Below, piece after piece: positions 6,474 to 15,079 of a stretch of DNA of 39,193 nt. The first letter of the stretch is position 1, and each line of letters begins with the position of its first letter. Source of the DNA: Candidatus Doudnabacteria bacterium (GTDB taxonomy: Bacteria; Patescibacteriota; Doudnabacteria; UBA920; O2-02-FULL-48-8); NCBI GenBank assembly GCA_016198045.1, contig JACQJI010000005.1, forward strand, positions 1 through 39,193, in the 5' to 3' direction. A program made the position numbers and the translations under genes. The notes beneath the pieces are model-generated. The model had not been told where the DNA came from, did no database searches, and saw nothing but the letters and a program-made list of their open reading frames with translations.

Positions 6474-9400
6474 CTAGCTGAGCAGGGCTTTGATTTTGCC
6501 TTTTAAATCTTCCGAAAGCTTGATTTTAAACGGCGTTTTGACTTGTTGACCTCGGATTTGCAGGGAAACCAACATTTCTCCAGGGTGGGCTTGGAAAAGG
6601 TTTTTTAAGGAGACAAATAGGTCATCGTTGGCTGATTCCGGGATCTTGATGGTCACGGTTTGAGCCGGAGGCTCGCTGTCAAGATCGCGGATTTCTTCCG
6701 CGATAAATTTCGGCACCCCGTCCTTGTCCGAGACTCTTCCCGTAATGAGCACGATTTTCGATTCTTGGATCAGGTTTTGATATTTCTGCAGAACTGAAGG
6801 GAAAACCAGAACTTCCACCATGCCGGTTGTATCCTCGATTTCGGTAAAGACCATCTGGTCTCCTTTTTTTGTCAGGACTTTTTGGACCTTAGTGATGATG
6901 CCGCCGATTGTGGCAGTGGTTGTAATCGCCGCAAGCTTTTTTATGGGTTGCGTCAAATTTTTTAGCTGACCGGAGAATTCGTCCAGGGGATGAGCGCTGA
7001 CATAAAGCCCCAGGAACTCCTTTTCCCAATTTAATTTGTCTTTTTCGCTGGCCTTTTCCACTTCCCTAAGCTTCAGCTTAGCCGTGAAGTTTACCTGGTC
7101 GCCAAACAAGCTGCTCTGCTGTTCCTGCATCGCTCTCTGATGGCTGCGGGCAAATTCGAGAATTGCTTCGGTGTTGGCAAGCAGGGTGTTGCGCTCGCCA
7201 AAAGAATCCAACGCCCCGGATTTGGTCAGGGCTTCCCATGATTTTTTGTTGAAATTTTTTGTTTGGACCCGGGTCAAAAAATCTTCCAGCGAAAGGAATT
7301 TGCCAGCCAGCTTTCGCTGGGCGATTATAGTTGCCACCACATCGCTGCCCAGATTCTTGATTGCTGAAAACCCGAAGCGAATATGCTGATCGTCAATCAC
7401 CGTGAAATTATCAAGACTTTCATTGATGTCCGGCGGCAAAACTTCGATGCCCATTTCCTTGCATTCTTCCACGGCGTCAGCAATGGTTTGGGCGTCTCCG
7501 GCTTCGGCAGTCATGACCGCGGCCATGAATTCCACCGGATAGTTGGCCTTCATGTAAGCCGTTTGGTAAGCCACGATCGCATAAGAAGCGGCATGAGCTT
7601 TGTTGAAGCCGTAAGCGGCAAATGGTTCAATCAGCTGCCAGAGATTCAAAGCCCGCTCTCGGGAATAGTTGGAGTGTTGCGTACATCCCTCGATGAATTT
7701 TTCTTTCTGGGCCGCCATTTCCTTGGGGATTTTTTTTCCCATAGCCTTGCGCAGCTTGTCGGCTTCTTCCCAGGAGTAGCCGGCGATATGGATGGCGATC
7801 AACAGCACGTCGTCCTGGTAAGTAATGATGCCGTTAGACATCGACAGAATCCCGACCATTTTGGGATCGGAATAGGCAATCAGCTTGGGGTTGTGCTTGC
7901 GCCGGATATATTCGGGAATTGACTCGATCGGGCCGGGCCGGTAAAGGGAAATCATGGCCATGATGTCGAAGATGTTAGTGGGGGCCAGCTCTTTGAGGTA
8001 TCTAGTCATGCCAGAGCCGCCGAGCTGGAACAGCCCCATGGTTTTGCCGGCGGCCAGCAGCTGATAGGTTTTTTTGTCATCCAGCGGGAGTTTGTTGAGA
8101 TCAACTTTAACGCCCTTGGTATGCTCCACGATTTCCACCGTGTTTCCCAAGATCGAGAGGTTTCTGATGCCCAAGAAGTCCATTTTGACCAAGCCGGCGT
8201 CTTCGACTGAATACATATCGTATTGCGTAATGATTTTTCCATCCTGATCTTTTTGCAACGGAGTGTAGTCAGACAACGGCTGTGGGGCAATGACAATTCC
8301 CGCGGCGTGGACAGAGGCGTGCCTGGCCACGCCTTCCACTTTCAAAGCCAGGTCGATCAGATTTTTGGTCTCCGGGTCTTTGTCGTAAGCATCTTTCAGT
8401 TCCGGGTTGATCTCCAAAGCTTTTTCAATCGTCATGTGGAAGCCGTATTTTTCATGCGGAACCATCTTCGCGATCTTGTCGCATTTGGTATAAGGCACGC
8501 CCAAAGCTCGGCCGATATCGCGCACGGCTGCCCTCGCCATCATGGTTCCGAACGTCACGATTTGCGCCACTTTGTCTTCGCCGTATTTATGGGTGACGTA
8601 TTCGATGACTTCGTCGCGGCGCGAATCCGCGAAGTCCATATCGATATCCGGCGGCAGCGGCCGTTCCAATGTCAAAAATCTTTCGAACGGCAGCTGGTAG
8701 TCCAAAGGATTGATGGTCGTGATGCCTATGCCGTATGAGACCAAAGACCCAGCGGCGCTGCCGCGGGTCGTGGCGATGATGCCTTGCGCTCTGGCCCAGT
8801 TGACGAAGTCCGCCACCACCAAAAAATAGGTGGAATAATTTTTTTTGTTAATCACGTGCAGTTCGTATTCCAATCGTTCCACAATCTCCGGTTTCAGCCG
8901 CCTTTTTGTTTCCTCGATATTTACCCAATTGAGCCCATATTTTTCGGCAATTCCTCTGAAGGCCAGTTCGGTTAGGTAGCTGGCCGCACTCTGGCCCAAA
9001 GGAAGGGGAAAGTCGGGGAATGACCTTTGGTTCAATGGAATTTCCAGATCACAGAGGTCCGCGATTTTCATGCTGTTGGATAAGGACTCGGGCAAATCGG
9101 GAAACAGGGCCTGCATTTCAGCAGCCGGCCTTAAGCTTAGGTTGCTCTGGCGCATATCCAGCCTGTTTGGCTCGTTGACACTGACTCCCATCCCGACGCA
9201 CAGCAGCAGGTCCTGCGCGTTCGCGTCTTCCGGTTTGACATAATGGCTGTCGTTGGTGGCAACCAGGGGCGTGTCGGTTTTGTTTGCAAGGTTAACCAAC
9301 CGTTCGTTTAATAGTTTTTCTTTTCTACTGTACTCAAGATCAGCGCTTTCATGCCTTTGAATTTCCAAAAAGAAACTGTCTGGTCCAAAAATTTTTTTGT

Positions 9401-9896
9401 ATTCGCTGACCAGCTGCTCGGCTTTTTCAAATTCAGAATTCAACAAGGCCCGGGGAATATCGCCGCGCATGCAGCCGGAGAGCCCGATTAACCCCTCGGC
9501 GTACTGGGCCAGCGCATTTTTATCGATTCTCGGATGGTAATAAAATCCTTCAAGATGGGCGATGGTGGACAGCCTCATCAAGTTTCTGTAGCCGCCGAAA
9601 TTTTTTGCCAGCAGAACCAGATGGTAGTAGTCGGCGTCGATTTTCGCGCGTTTATCCATGAGGCTGTCAATCGCCAGATAAGCCTCCATCCCGATGATCG
9701 GCTTGATCCCCGCCTGAGTGGCTTTTTTGTAAAATTCAACTGCCCCATACATCACCCCGTGATCAGTCAGGGCCAAAGCAGAAAATCCCTGTTTTTTTGC
9801 ATGATTAATCAGCTGGTCGATTTTGGGCATCCCGTCCAGCAGGGAATAGTGGGAATGAACGTGGAGATGGGTGAATGTAGGCATTGTTAACGGCAT
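6474..9896 (-). CDS. dnaE: DNA polymerase III alpha subunit
   Basis: PHP-domain start ...FTHLHVHSHYSLLDG with polymerase core and OB-fold regions. The ORF track begins at a TTG (9974). ATG 9896 (MPLTMPTF) or ATG 9884 fits family N-termini better. Confidence 0.93.
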   Translation of the reverse strand: MPLTMPTFTHLHVHSHYSLLDGMPKIDQLINHAKKQGFSALALTDHGVMYGAVEFYKKATQAGIKPIIGMEAYLAIDSLMDKRAKIDADYYHLVLLAKNFGGYRNLMRLSTIAHLEGFYYHPRIDKNALAQYAEGLIGLSGCMRGDIPRALLNSEFEKAEQLVSEYKKIFGPDSFFLEIQRHESADLEYSRKEKLLNERLVNLANKTDTPLVATNDSHYVKPEDANAQDLLLCVGMGVSVNEPNRLDMRQSNLSLRPAAEMQALFPDLPESLSNSMKIADLCDLEIPLNQRSFPDFPLPLGQSAASYLTELAFRGIAEKYGLNWVNIEETKRRLKPEIVERLEYELHVINKKNYSTYFLVVADFVNWARAQGIIATTRGSAAGSLVSYGIGITTINPLDYQLPFERFLTLERPLPPDIDMDFADSRRDEVIEYVTHKYGEDKVAQIVTFGTMMARAAVRDIGRALGVPYTKCDKIAKMVPHEKYGFHMTIEKALEINPELKDAYDKDPETKNLIDLALKVEGVARHASVHAAGIVIAPQPLSDYTPLQKDQDGKIITQYDMYSVEDAGLVKMDFLGIRNLSILGNTVEIVEHTKGVKVDLNKLPLDDKKTYQLLAAGKTMGLFQLGGSGMTRYLKELAPTNIFDIMAMISLYRPGPIESIPEYIRRKHNPKLIAYSDPKMVGILSMSNGIITYQDDVLLIAIHIAGYSWEEADKLRKAMGKKIPKEMAAQKEKFIEGCTQHSNYSRERALNLWQLIEPFAAYGFNKAHAASYAIVAYQTAYMKANYPVEFMAAVMTAEAGDAQTIADAVEECKEMGIEVLPPDINESLDNFTVIDDQHIRFGFSAIKNLGSDVVATIIAQRKLAGKFLSLEDFLTRVQTKNFNKKSWEALTKSGALDSFGERNTLLANTEAILEFARSHQRAMQEQQSSLFGDQVNFTAKLKLREVEKASEKDKLNWEKEFLGLYVSAHPLDEFSGQLKNLTQPIKKLAAITTTATIGGIITKVQKVLTKKGDQMVFTEIEDTTGMVEVLVFPSVLQKYQNLIQESKIVLITGRVSDKDGVPKFIAEEIRDLDSEPPAQTVTIKIPESANDDLFVSLKNLFQAHPGEMLVSLQIRGQQVKTPFKIKLSEDLKGKIKALLS

Positions 9897-9907
9897 TATA
9901 ATCTTTC

Positions 9908-9916
9908 TGATATAAT
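9908..9916 (+). promoter_or_regulatory. extended -10 promoter element (TGATATAAT) for the 9952 gene
   Basis: TGnTATAAT lies 36 nt upstream of ATG 9952. No good -35. Confidence 0.4.
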
Positions 9917-9951
9917 GGTTACAAGAATCAACCCTAAGCCTGAGACAAAAA

Positions 9952-10773
9952 ATGCGCTTATTTAATTCTGACAACCAGCGGCTGCAGGAGCTGCTCCTAA
10001 TCGTGGATGATAACCTCGCGACCCTAAGCCGGTGGTGGCGGTGGGCGCTGATTGCCTGCCTAATCGCGGCCTTGCCGTTGTTTTTCGTTTTGAAATTCTC
10101 TTTTTACCAGTTAAACATTCGCGGTTATTCGCCACCGGCCGTGACCAGACCGGGCGGGGAAGTGATACCTCTGAGCGTGGTGGACAAGAGAATTTTTACC
10201 CTCGATGAAGGGTTATACTCCGGCTATGTCAGAATAAAGAACATCAATTTGGACCGGGGAGTCCCCGAATTGCCGTATCAAGCCGTGTTTAAGACTTTGG
10301 GAGGCAGCAGGGTTACCGCCGTATCCGGCAAAACTTTCATCCTGCCGGCCTCGGAGAAGATATTGGTGTTCAGCCGGTTCGACTCGGCACAAAAGCCGGA
10401 GGTATTGGAATTCGAGCTTCTCGAATCTCCACGATTTGCCTACAAAGGCCAATTGTCGAACATAAACTTAGAAACGCAAAGGATCGAGTTTGAAAGAGGG
10501 GCCGAGTTTGCCCTAACCGGAGCGGTGCGCAACACTTCCCCATTTACCCTCCGGCAGATTTACCTGCCAGTTTTGCTTTTTGACAAAGACAACAATATTG
10601 TGGCCGTAAATTCCACGACCATGAACCATGTTCAGTCTTCGGAAGTCCGCGCGTTTCGCGTTATTTGGCCCAAGCCGATTTCAGGCGCGGTTCGGGCCGA
10701 AATCAATCCTGAAGTCAACATCTTCGATCGCGATCTTTTGAGCACGCAATTAGAAGAAATCGAGACAAGGTGA
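9952..10773 (+). CDS. hypothetical membrane-anchored protein with two beta-rich repeats
   Basis: One N-terminal TM helix (WWRWALIACLIAALPLFFVLKF) followed by two similar ~90-aa segments. The stop overlaps the GTG start of the SEDS gene (GTGA). Confidence 0.6.
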   Translation: MRLFNSDNQRLQELLLIVDDNLATLSRWWRWALIACLIAALPLFFVLKFSFYQLNIRGYSPPAVTRPGGEVIPLSVVDKRIFTLDEGLYSGYVRIKNINLDRGVPELPYQAVFKTLGGSRVTAVSGKTFILPASEKILVFSRFDSAQKPEVLEFELLESPRFAYKGQLSNINLETQRIEFERGAEFALTGAVRNTSPFTLRQIYLPVLLFDKDNNIVAVNSTTMNHVQSSEVRAFRVIWPKPISGAVRAEINPEVNIFDRDLLSTQLEEIETR

Positions 10774-11873
10774 GGTTTTGGCTATCTTCTTTCCGGTACT
10801 TTGATTGGTTTATCGCACCAAGCAGCATGTTGCTGCTGCTTTTGGGTTTGCTGATGATTTATTCGACTACCTTAAGCTCGCAGGGAAGCTTGTTTGTCAG
10901 GCAGATCGTGTTTGCGGTCTGCGGGATTGCGGCTATGTTATTTTTGGCTTTTTTCGACTACCGCGATCTGAAAAAAATCACGGGCTGGGCCTACGTTGCA
11001 ATCATTGTTAGCTTGGTTTTGGTGTGGCTGTTGGCCGAACCAATCAGGGGTTCGGCGCGCTGGATTGATTTGGGTTTCTTTCGTTTCCAGCCGGCGGAGT
11101 TTACTAAACTGATTATGGTAATTGTGACCGCCAAAGTTCTGGACCAGCATCGGGAGAAAATTAAGGATTTCCGCTATCTGTTTTTATCTTTGATTTATGT
11201 GCTGATTCCGATCGCCCTGATTTTGATCCAGCCTGATCTTGGTTCGGCGATTGTTATATTTTTGACTTGGCTGGGCATGATCAGTTTTTCGAGAATCAAA
11301 AAAATGCACCTCGTCTGGATATTTGTCGGCTTGCTGGCCACGGCGGTTGTGGCATGGTTTTTTCTGCTGCACGATTATCAGAAAGAAAGAATTTACACTT
11401 TTCTCGATCCGTCATCTGATCCCCAAGGGTCTGGGTATAATGTCATCCAGTCGATCATTGCCGTCGGTTCGGGGGAGTATTTCGGCCGCGGGGTTGGCAG
11501 GGGATTGCAGTCCCAGCTCAAATTTTTGCCGGAGAGGCAGACGGATTTTATTTTCGCTTCCACCGCCGAGGAGCTGGGGTTTGTCGGCAGCCTGCTAATT
11601 TTGGCCCTTTTTTTTCTGATTTTGTACCGCTTGGTGAAACTGATGAGCAGTACCAGGGATAACTTCGGCATGTATGTAACACTCGGGATTTTTTTCATGT
11701 TTTTGATCGAAATTCTGGTCAATGTCGGCATGAATGTCGGCCTGTTGCCGGTTACGGGTATCCCGCTGCCGTTGTTGAGCTATGGCGGCAGTTCGCTACT
11801 CACGGTGTTTTTGGCGTTGGGCATTATTCAAAGCATTGCCCAGCGCCGCAAAATCATCAAATTTGGCGGTTAG
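10770..11873 (+). CDS. SEDS-family peptidoglycan glycosyltransferase (RodA/FtsW)
   Basis: Multi-TM protein with the conserved motifs QPDLGSAIVIF, PERQTDFIFASTAEELGFVG and LPVTGIPLPLLSYGGSS. Confidence 0.9.
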   Translation: MRFWLSSFRYFDWFIAPSSMLLLLLGLLMIYSTTLSSQGSLFVRQIVFAVCGIAAMLFLAFFDYRDLKKITGWAYVAIIVSLVLVWLLAEPIRGSARWIDLGFFRFQPAEFTKLIMVIVTAKVLDQHREKIKDFRYLFLSLIYVLIPIALILIQPDLGSAIVIFLTWLGMISFSRIKKMHLVWIFVGLLATAVVAWFFLLHDYQKERIYTFLDPSSDPQGSGYNVIQSIIAVGSGEYFGRGVGRGLQSQLKFLPERQTDFIFASTAEELGFVGSLLILALFFLILYRLVKLMSSTRDNFGMYVTLGIFFMFLIEILVNVGMNVGLLPVTGIPLPLLSYGGSSLLTVFLALGIIQSIAQRRKIIKFGG

Positions 11874-11874
11874 G

Positions 11875-11894
11875 GTCAAATTTCTAGCACCTGG
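11875..11894. repeat. solo copy of the GIY-YIG-element terminal repeat
   Basis: GTCAAATTTCTAGCACCTGG is 19/20 identical to the right terminus at 30848-30867. It sits directly after the SEDS stop codon and abuts a TTGACG -35. Confidence 0.7.
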
Positions 11895-11923
11895 TTGACG
11901 CATGGTTTTTTAAACTTTAGAAT
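11895..11923 (+). promoter_or_regulatory. sigma70-type promoter
   Basis: TTGACG, 17 nt, TAGAAT, upstream of GTG 11947. Confidence 0.5.
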
Positions 11924-11946
11924 ATAGAAAACATTAATACAACAGC

Positions 11947-12318
11947 GTGGCATTACCTCCACATAAAGCTGATTTCAAAAAAATTATCGAATGGCTGGCT
12001 TACATCCTGAAGTGTCCGATTTGTGGATACCGCTACAACCTGGAACAGACCAAAATCATCGATTCGAAAGAAAATAAGCCGTCGATCGGCGCCAACCTGC
12101 TTGTCCACACCGATTGCGAAAGATGCAAAAGTTCGGTGGTGTTTTCCATCGCCATTGACGGCCCGGAAATTTTTTCCGTGGGGATGGTGACGGATTTGAC
12201 TTCCCAAGACACGTCGAAATTCAAAAATAGCGCGGCGCTGTGCACTGATGACGTGCTGGCGCTTCATCAGTTTCTTAAAGCGTTTGATGGGGACTTTCGG
12301 AGGGCCTTGAGTAGTTGA
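11947..12318 (+). CDS. hypothetical zinc-ribbon protein
   Basis: CPICG...CERCK four-Cys pattern, GTG start, followed by a terminator. Confidence 0.55.
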   Translation: MALPPHKADFKKIIEWLAYILKCPICGYRYNLEQTKIIDSKENKPSIGANLLVHTDCERCKSSVVFSIAIDGPEIFSVGMVTDLTSQDTSKFKNSAALCTDDVLALHQFLKAFDGDFRRALSS

Positions 12319-12342
12319 TAGTTGATGGGTGATAGATGATAG

Positions 12343-12366
12343 AGCCAAGAGTATTCTTGGCTTTTT
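12343..12366 (+). terminator. intrinsic terminator nested in a longer palindrome
   Basis: AGCCAAGA-GTAT-TCTTGGCT followed by TTTT. Perfect outer 14-nt arms at 12313-12326 and 12370-12383. Confidence 0.7.
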
Positions 12367-12405
12367 ACTATCAACTATCAACTATAATCTATTAACTAAC
12401 TGGAG

Positions 12406-12434
12406 TTGACCAAAGCTCAAGAAAATGCTAGCAT
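12406..12434 (+). promoter_or_regulatory. promoter for rplY (near-leaderless geometry)
   Basis: TTGACC, 17 nt (ending in TGC), TAGCAT. Only 9 nt separate the -10 from ATG 12444. Confidence 0.5.
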
Positions 12435-12443
12435 GTGTAAACT

Positions 12444-13142
12444 ATGGACCAAATTACTTTAAACGCCGCCAAACGAACCACAATAGGAAAAAAAACGGAT
12501 CAACTGCGAAGGACAGGAAAACTGCCCGGGGTTTTGTATGGCCACAATTTGCCTTCGCAGCCGATTGAAGTTTTGGAAAAAGATTTTATGAAAGCTTTCA
12601 AGAAGGCCGGAGAGAGTACCTTAGTTAATCTGGTTGTGGATGGCGAAAGCAAGCCGGTGATTATCCATGAGGTTCAGCATCATTATCTGTCTGGACAACC
12701 GGTTCATGTTGATTTTTACGCGGTCAGAATGGACGAGAAGCTCCGAGCCCGCATTCCTTTGCGCTTCGAGGGCGAGTCGGCGGCAGTCGAGAACCAAGGC
12801 GGAGTTCTGATCAAAAACCACCAGGAAATTGAAGTTGAGTGTTTGCCAGCCGATCTGCCGCAGTTCATAGCAGTTGACATTTCCACGCTGAACACTTTTG
12901 AGGATGGTATCCGCGCTCAAGATCTGAAGGTCAGCGATAAGGTAAAGCTTCTTATCAATCCCGATGAAACCATTGCCAACGTGTCCCCGCCCAGATCCGA
13001 GGAAGAACTAGCTGAGCTTAAGGAAGCCCCAGTCGTTGAGGACGTGACCAAGGTGGAAGACGTGGTCAAACCTGAGGCTGTGGAGGCCGAAGGAGAAGCG
13101 GAAGCCCAACCAAAGGCGGAAAAACCAAAAACAGAAGAGTAA
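12444..13142 (+). CDS. rplY: 50S ribosomal protein L25 (Ctc form)
   Basis: RTGKLPGVLYG motif, the two-domain Ctc length and an acidic C-terminal tail. Confidence 0.9.
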   Translation: MDQITLNAAKRTTIGKKTDQLRRTGKLPGVLYGHNLPSQPIEVLEKDFMKAFKKAGESTLVNLVVDGESKPVIIHEVQHHYLSGQPVHVDFYAVRMDEKLRARIPLRFEGESAAVENQGGVLIKNHQEIEVECLPADLPQFIAVDISTLNTFEDGIRAQDLKVSDKVKLLINPDETIANVSPPRSEEELAELKEAPVVEDVTKVEDVVKPEAVEAEGEAEAQPKAEKPKTEE

Positions 13143-13161
13143 GATCCGATCCGAAATCCTG

Positions 13162-14160
13162 ATGCAGCTGGATTTATTTGACTATAAACCCCAAACCCCT
13201 GGACCCCTTTTGTTAAAGGGGACCAATTTTCTTTTGCTGCCGCAAAAGAAACCTTTTTTTGAGTCGCGCGAAATTCTGGCGGCATCTTTTTTGGTTGCCG
13301 CTTTGTTTATTAATTTAAATAAGCCTGACAAAATAAATCAACAGGCTATTGCCGGGGCTTTTGATGCCAGCACTGTATCCGCAGAAATAGAAACGCCCGC
13401 CGTCCTACCCATTATCCAAACACCAGCTCCGACTCCGGCACCTTTGCCCCATAAAAGTGTGGCAAAACCCTTGCGCGTAGAGAGAATCAATGTTCTTATT
13501 TTGATGTATCACCATGTTGGGGAGCCGCCGACTTCAAACGCTCTGGACCGTTCTTTGACCGTGAGTGCGTCTGATTTTGAAGAACAAGTGGCTTTTTTCA
13601 AGCAGCGCGGATACCAGTCCGTAGCTTTGGCGCAAGTTTATGCGGCCTTAAGCGCCGGGAGCGATCTTCCGGACAAACCAATCGTTTTTACTTTTGACGA
13701 CGGATACAAAGATGTGTTCGTCAATGCGGTGCCGATTTTGCAAAAGTACGGTTTTGCGGGAACTTTTGCGGTTGCCCCGGCATTGTTGGAAGGGAAAGGG
13801 TATGCCACTTGGGGCGAGGTATATTCGGCTTATCGGCAAGGCATGGAAATCGTTTCGCACTCCATGAACCATGTTGACTTCGCCAGTTCCGGATATAGCG
13901 ATGAATTTTTGATGATCGAGCTGGAGGGGTCTAAGTTGTTTTTGGAAAGCCGAATCAATGCGCCGGTCAACTTTTTCGTCTATCCCTACGGCCGCTATAA
14001 CGCACGCGCAATCGAACTAGTCAAAAAAGCCGGGTACAAAATGGCGTTTACCACCGAACTGGGCACTGAAATGAATCTCAATAAGGCATTCCGCCTGCCT
14101 CGCGTCCGCGTGCACGGCCAAGACGGGTTGGCTAAACTTAGAAAAGTTTTGGGTTTGTAA
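13162..14160 (+). CDS. polysaccharide deacetylase (NodB homology domain), membrane-anchored
   Basis: LMYHHV, FTFDDGYKD and VSHSMNH motifs with an N-terminal TM segment. The 5' end contains two perfect hairpins, so the start is uncertain. Confidence 0.8.
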   Translation: MQLDLFDYKPQTPGPLLLKGTNFLLLPQKKPFFESREILAASFLVAALFINLNKPDKINQQAIAGAFDASTVSAEIETPAVLPIIQTPAPTPAPLPHKSVAKPLRVERINVLILMYHHVGEPPTSNALDRSLTVSASDFEEQVAFFKQRGYQSVALAQVYAALSAGSDLPDKPIVFTFDDGYKDVFVNAVPILQKYGFAGTFAVAPALLEGKGYATWGEVYSAYRQGMEIVSHSMNHVDFASSGYSDEFLMIELEGSKLFLESRINAPVNFFVYPYGRYNARAIELVKKAGYKMAFTTELGTEMNLNKAFRLPRVRVHGQDGLAKLRKVLGL

Positions 14161-15079
14161 TTTGAGCAAAACGAGGGCGTCTGGTCAGGTCTTTAAAGAT
14201 TTTTGTTTTAAAGTTTGGCAGATATTTCTTTGCCAGGTTTTTAATTTTGGCTGTCTGGCGGGGGTCCATTTCTAGGAAAATGTATTTCAATTTACCCCTC
14301 CCCCTTTGGGGGAGGGTGGCCGAAGGCCGAGAGAGGGTTATTTGTTTAAAAAGTTTTTCGATCAGTGCAAGCCCTTGCCTCTTAGCAATCAATGCCTTTT
14401 TTGGTTCAAACTTAGTGCTTGGGTCTTCCAGTTTGGCCAGATAGGGGAGGTTAGCGACAATAATATCAAAGCGTTGACGCTTCCAGGGTTTAAGCAAATC
14501 GCCATGTTTGAAAGCGATCCTGACTTTATGCCGGCGGGCGTTTTTTTTTGCAACCGAGAGAGCATTCGTTGATAAATCAGATGCAAAAAATTCTAACCCC
14601 TCACCCCCATCCCCTCTCCCGTGGGGAGAGGGGAGCTCCGTACGTTTTGGATTAGTTTGCAGTTTCCTTCTCCCAATGGGAGAAGGTGGCCAAAGGCCGG
14701 ATGAGGGGTTTGTTTCTAAAGTTTTAGCAAGAGAGATAATTATGCACCCTGAGCCAGTCCCGAGATCTAGAATTGACAGCGATCTTTGATCTTTGATCTC
14801 TGACAAAAGCAGTTCAACAAGCCCTTCGGTTTCCGGGCGGGGAATTAAAACATTTCGGTTTACAAAAAATTTCAGGCCATAAAATTCTTTTTCGCCGGTT
14901 AAGTAAGCCACCGGCCAGCCAGCTTTTCTTTTTTTGATTAATGAGAGGAATTTTCTTTTTTGATTTTTTGTTAATGTCTTTTCCGGATAGAAAAACAAAA
15001 AGGCCTTGTCTTTTTTTAGGACAAAGCTTAGAAGAACAGCAGCATCTGCGTGCAGTTTTAAGGATTCTCGAATTGTCAT
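14138..15079 (-). CDS. prmC: release-factor glutamine N5-methyltransferase PrmC with two in-frame insertions
   Basis: [19 protein letters not shown] motif and IVANLPY (an NPPY variant). Overlaps prfA by ATGA. The insertions coincide with palindromic elements. Confidence 0.85.
   Translation of the reverse strand: MTIRESLKLHADAAVLLSFVLKKDKAFLFFYPEKTLTKNQKRKFLSLIKKRKAGWPVAYLTGEKEFYGLKFFVNRNVLIPRPETEGLVELLLSEIKDQRSLSILDLGTGSGCIIISLAKTLETNPSSGLWPPSPIGRRKLQTNPKRTELPSPHGRGDGGEGLEFFASDLSTNALSVAKKNARRHKVRIAFKHGDLLKPWKRQRFDIIVANLPYLAKLEDPSTKFEPKKALIAKRQGLALIEKLFKQITLSRPSATLPQRGRGKLKYIFLEMDPRQTAKIKNLAKKYLPNFKTKIFKDLTRRPRFAQITNPKLF
14293..14340. repeat. GC-rich palindromic element (short form) inside prmC
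   Basis: CCCTCCCCC-TTT-GGGGGAGGG (14296-14316) followed by TGGCCGAAGGCCGAGAGAGGGTTA. Confidence 0.75.
14595..14710. repeat. GC-rich palindromic element (outer inverted repeat plus two hairpins) inside prmC
   Basis: Outer arms AACCCCTCA / TGAGGGGTT. Perfect hairpins at 14621-14643 (CCCCTCTCCC-GTG-GGGAGAGGGG) and 14666-14686 (CCTTCTCCC-AAT-GGGAGAAGG). The tail TGGCCAAAGGCCGGATGAGGGGTT parallels 14317-14340. Confidence 0.8.

Noticed and set aside
9897-9974. An N-terminal extension of dnaE from a TTG start (MSELNKRIFCLRL...).
   Set aside because: The extension has no counterpart in DnaE N-termini and would overlap the divergent promoter region. The conserved PHP motif begins right after ATG 9896/9884.
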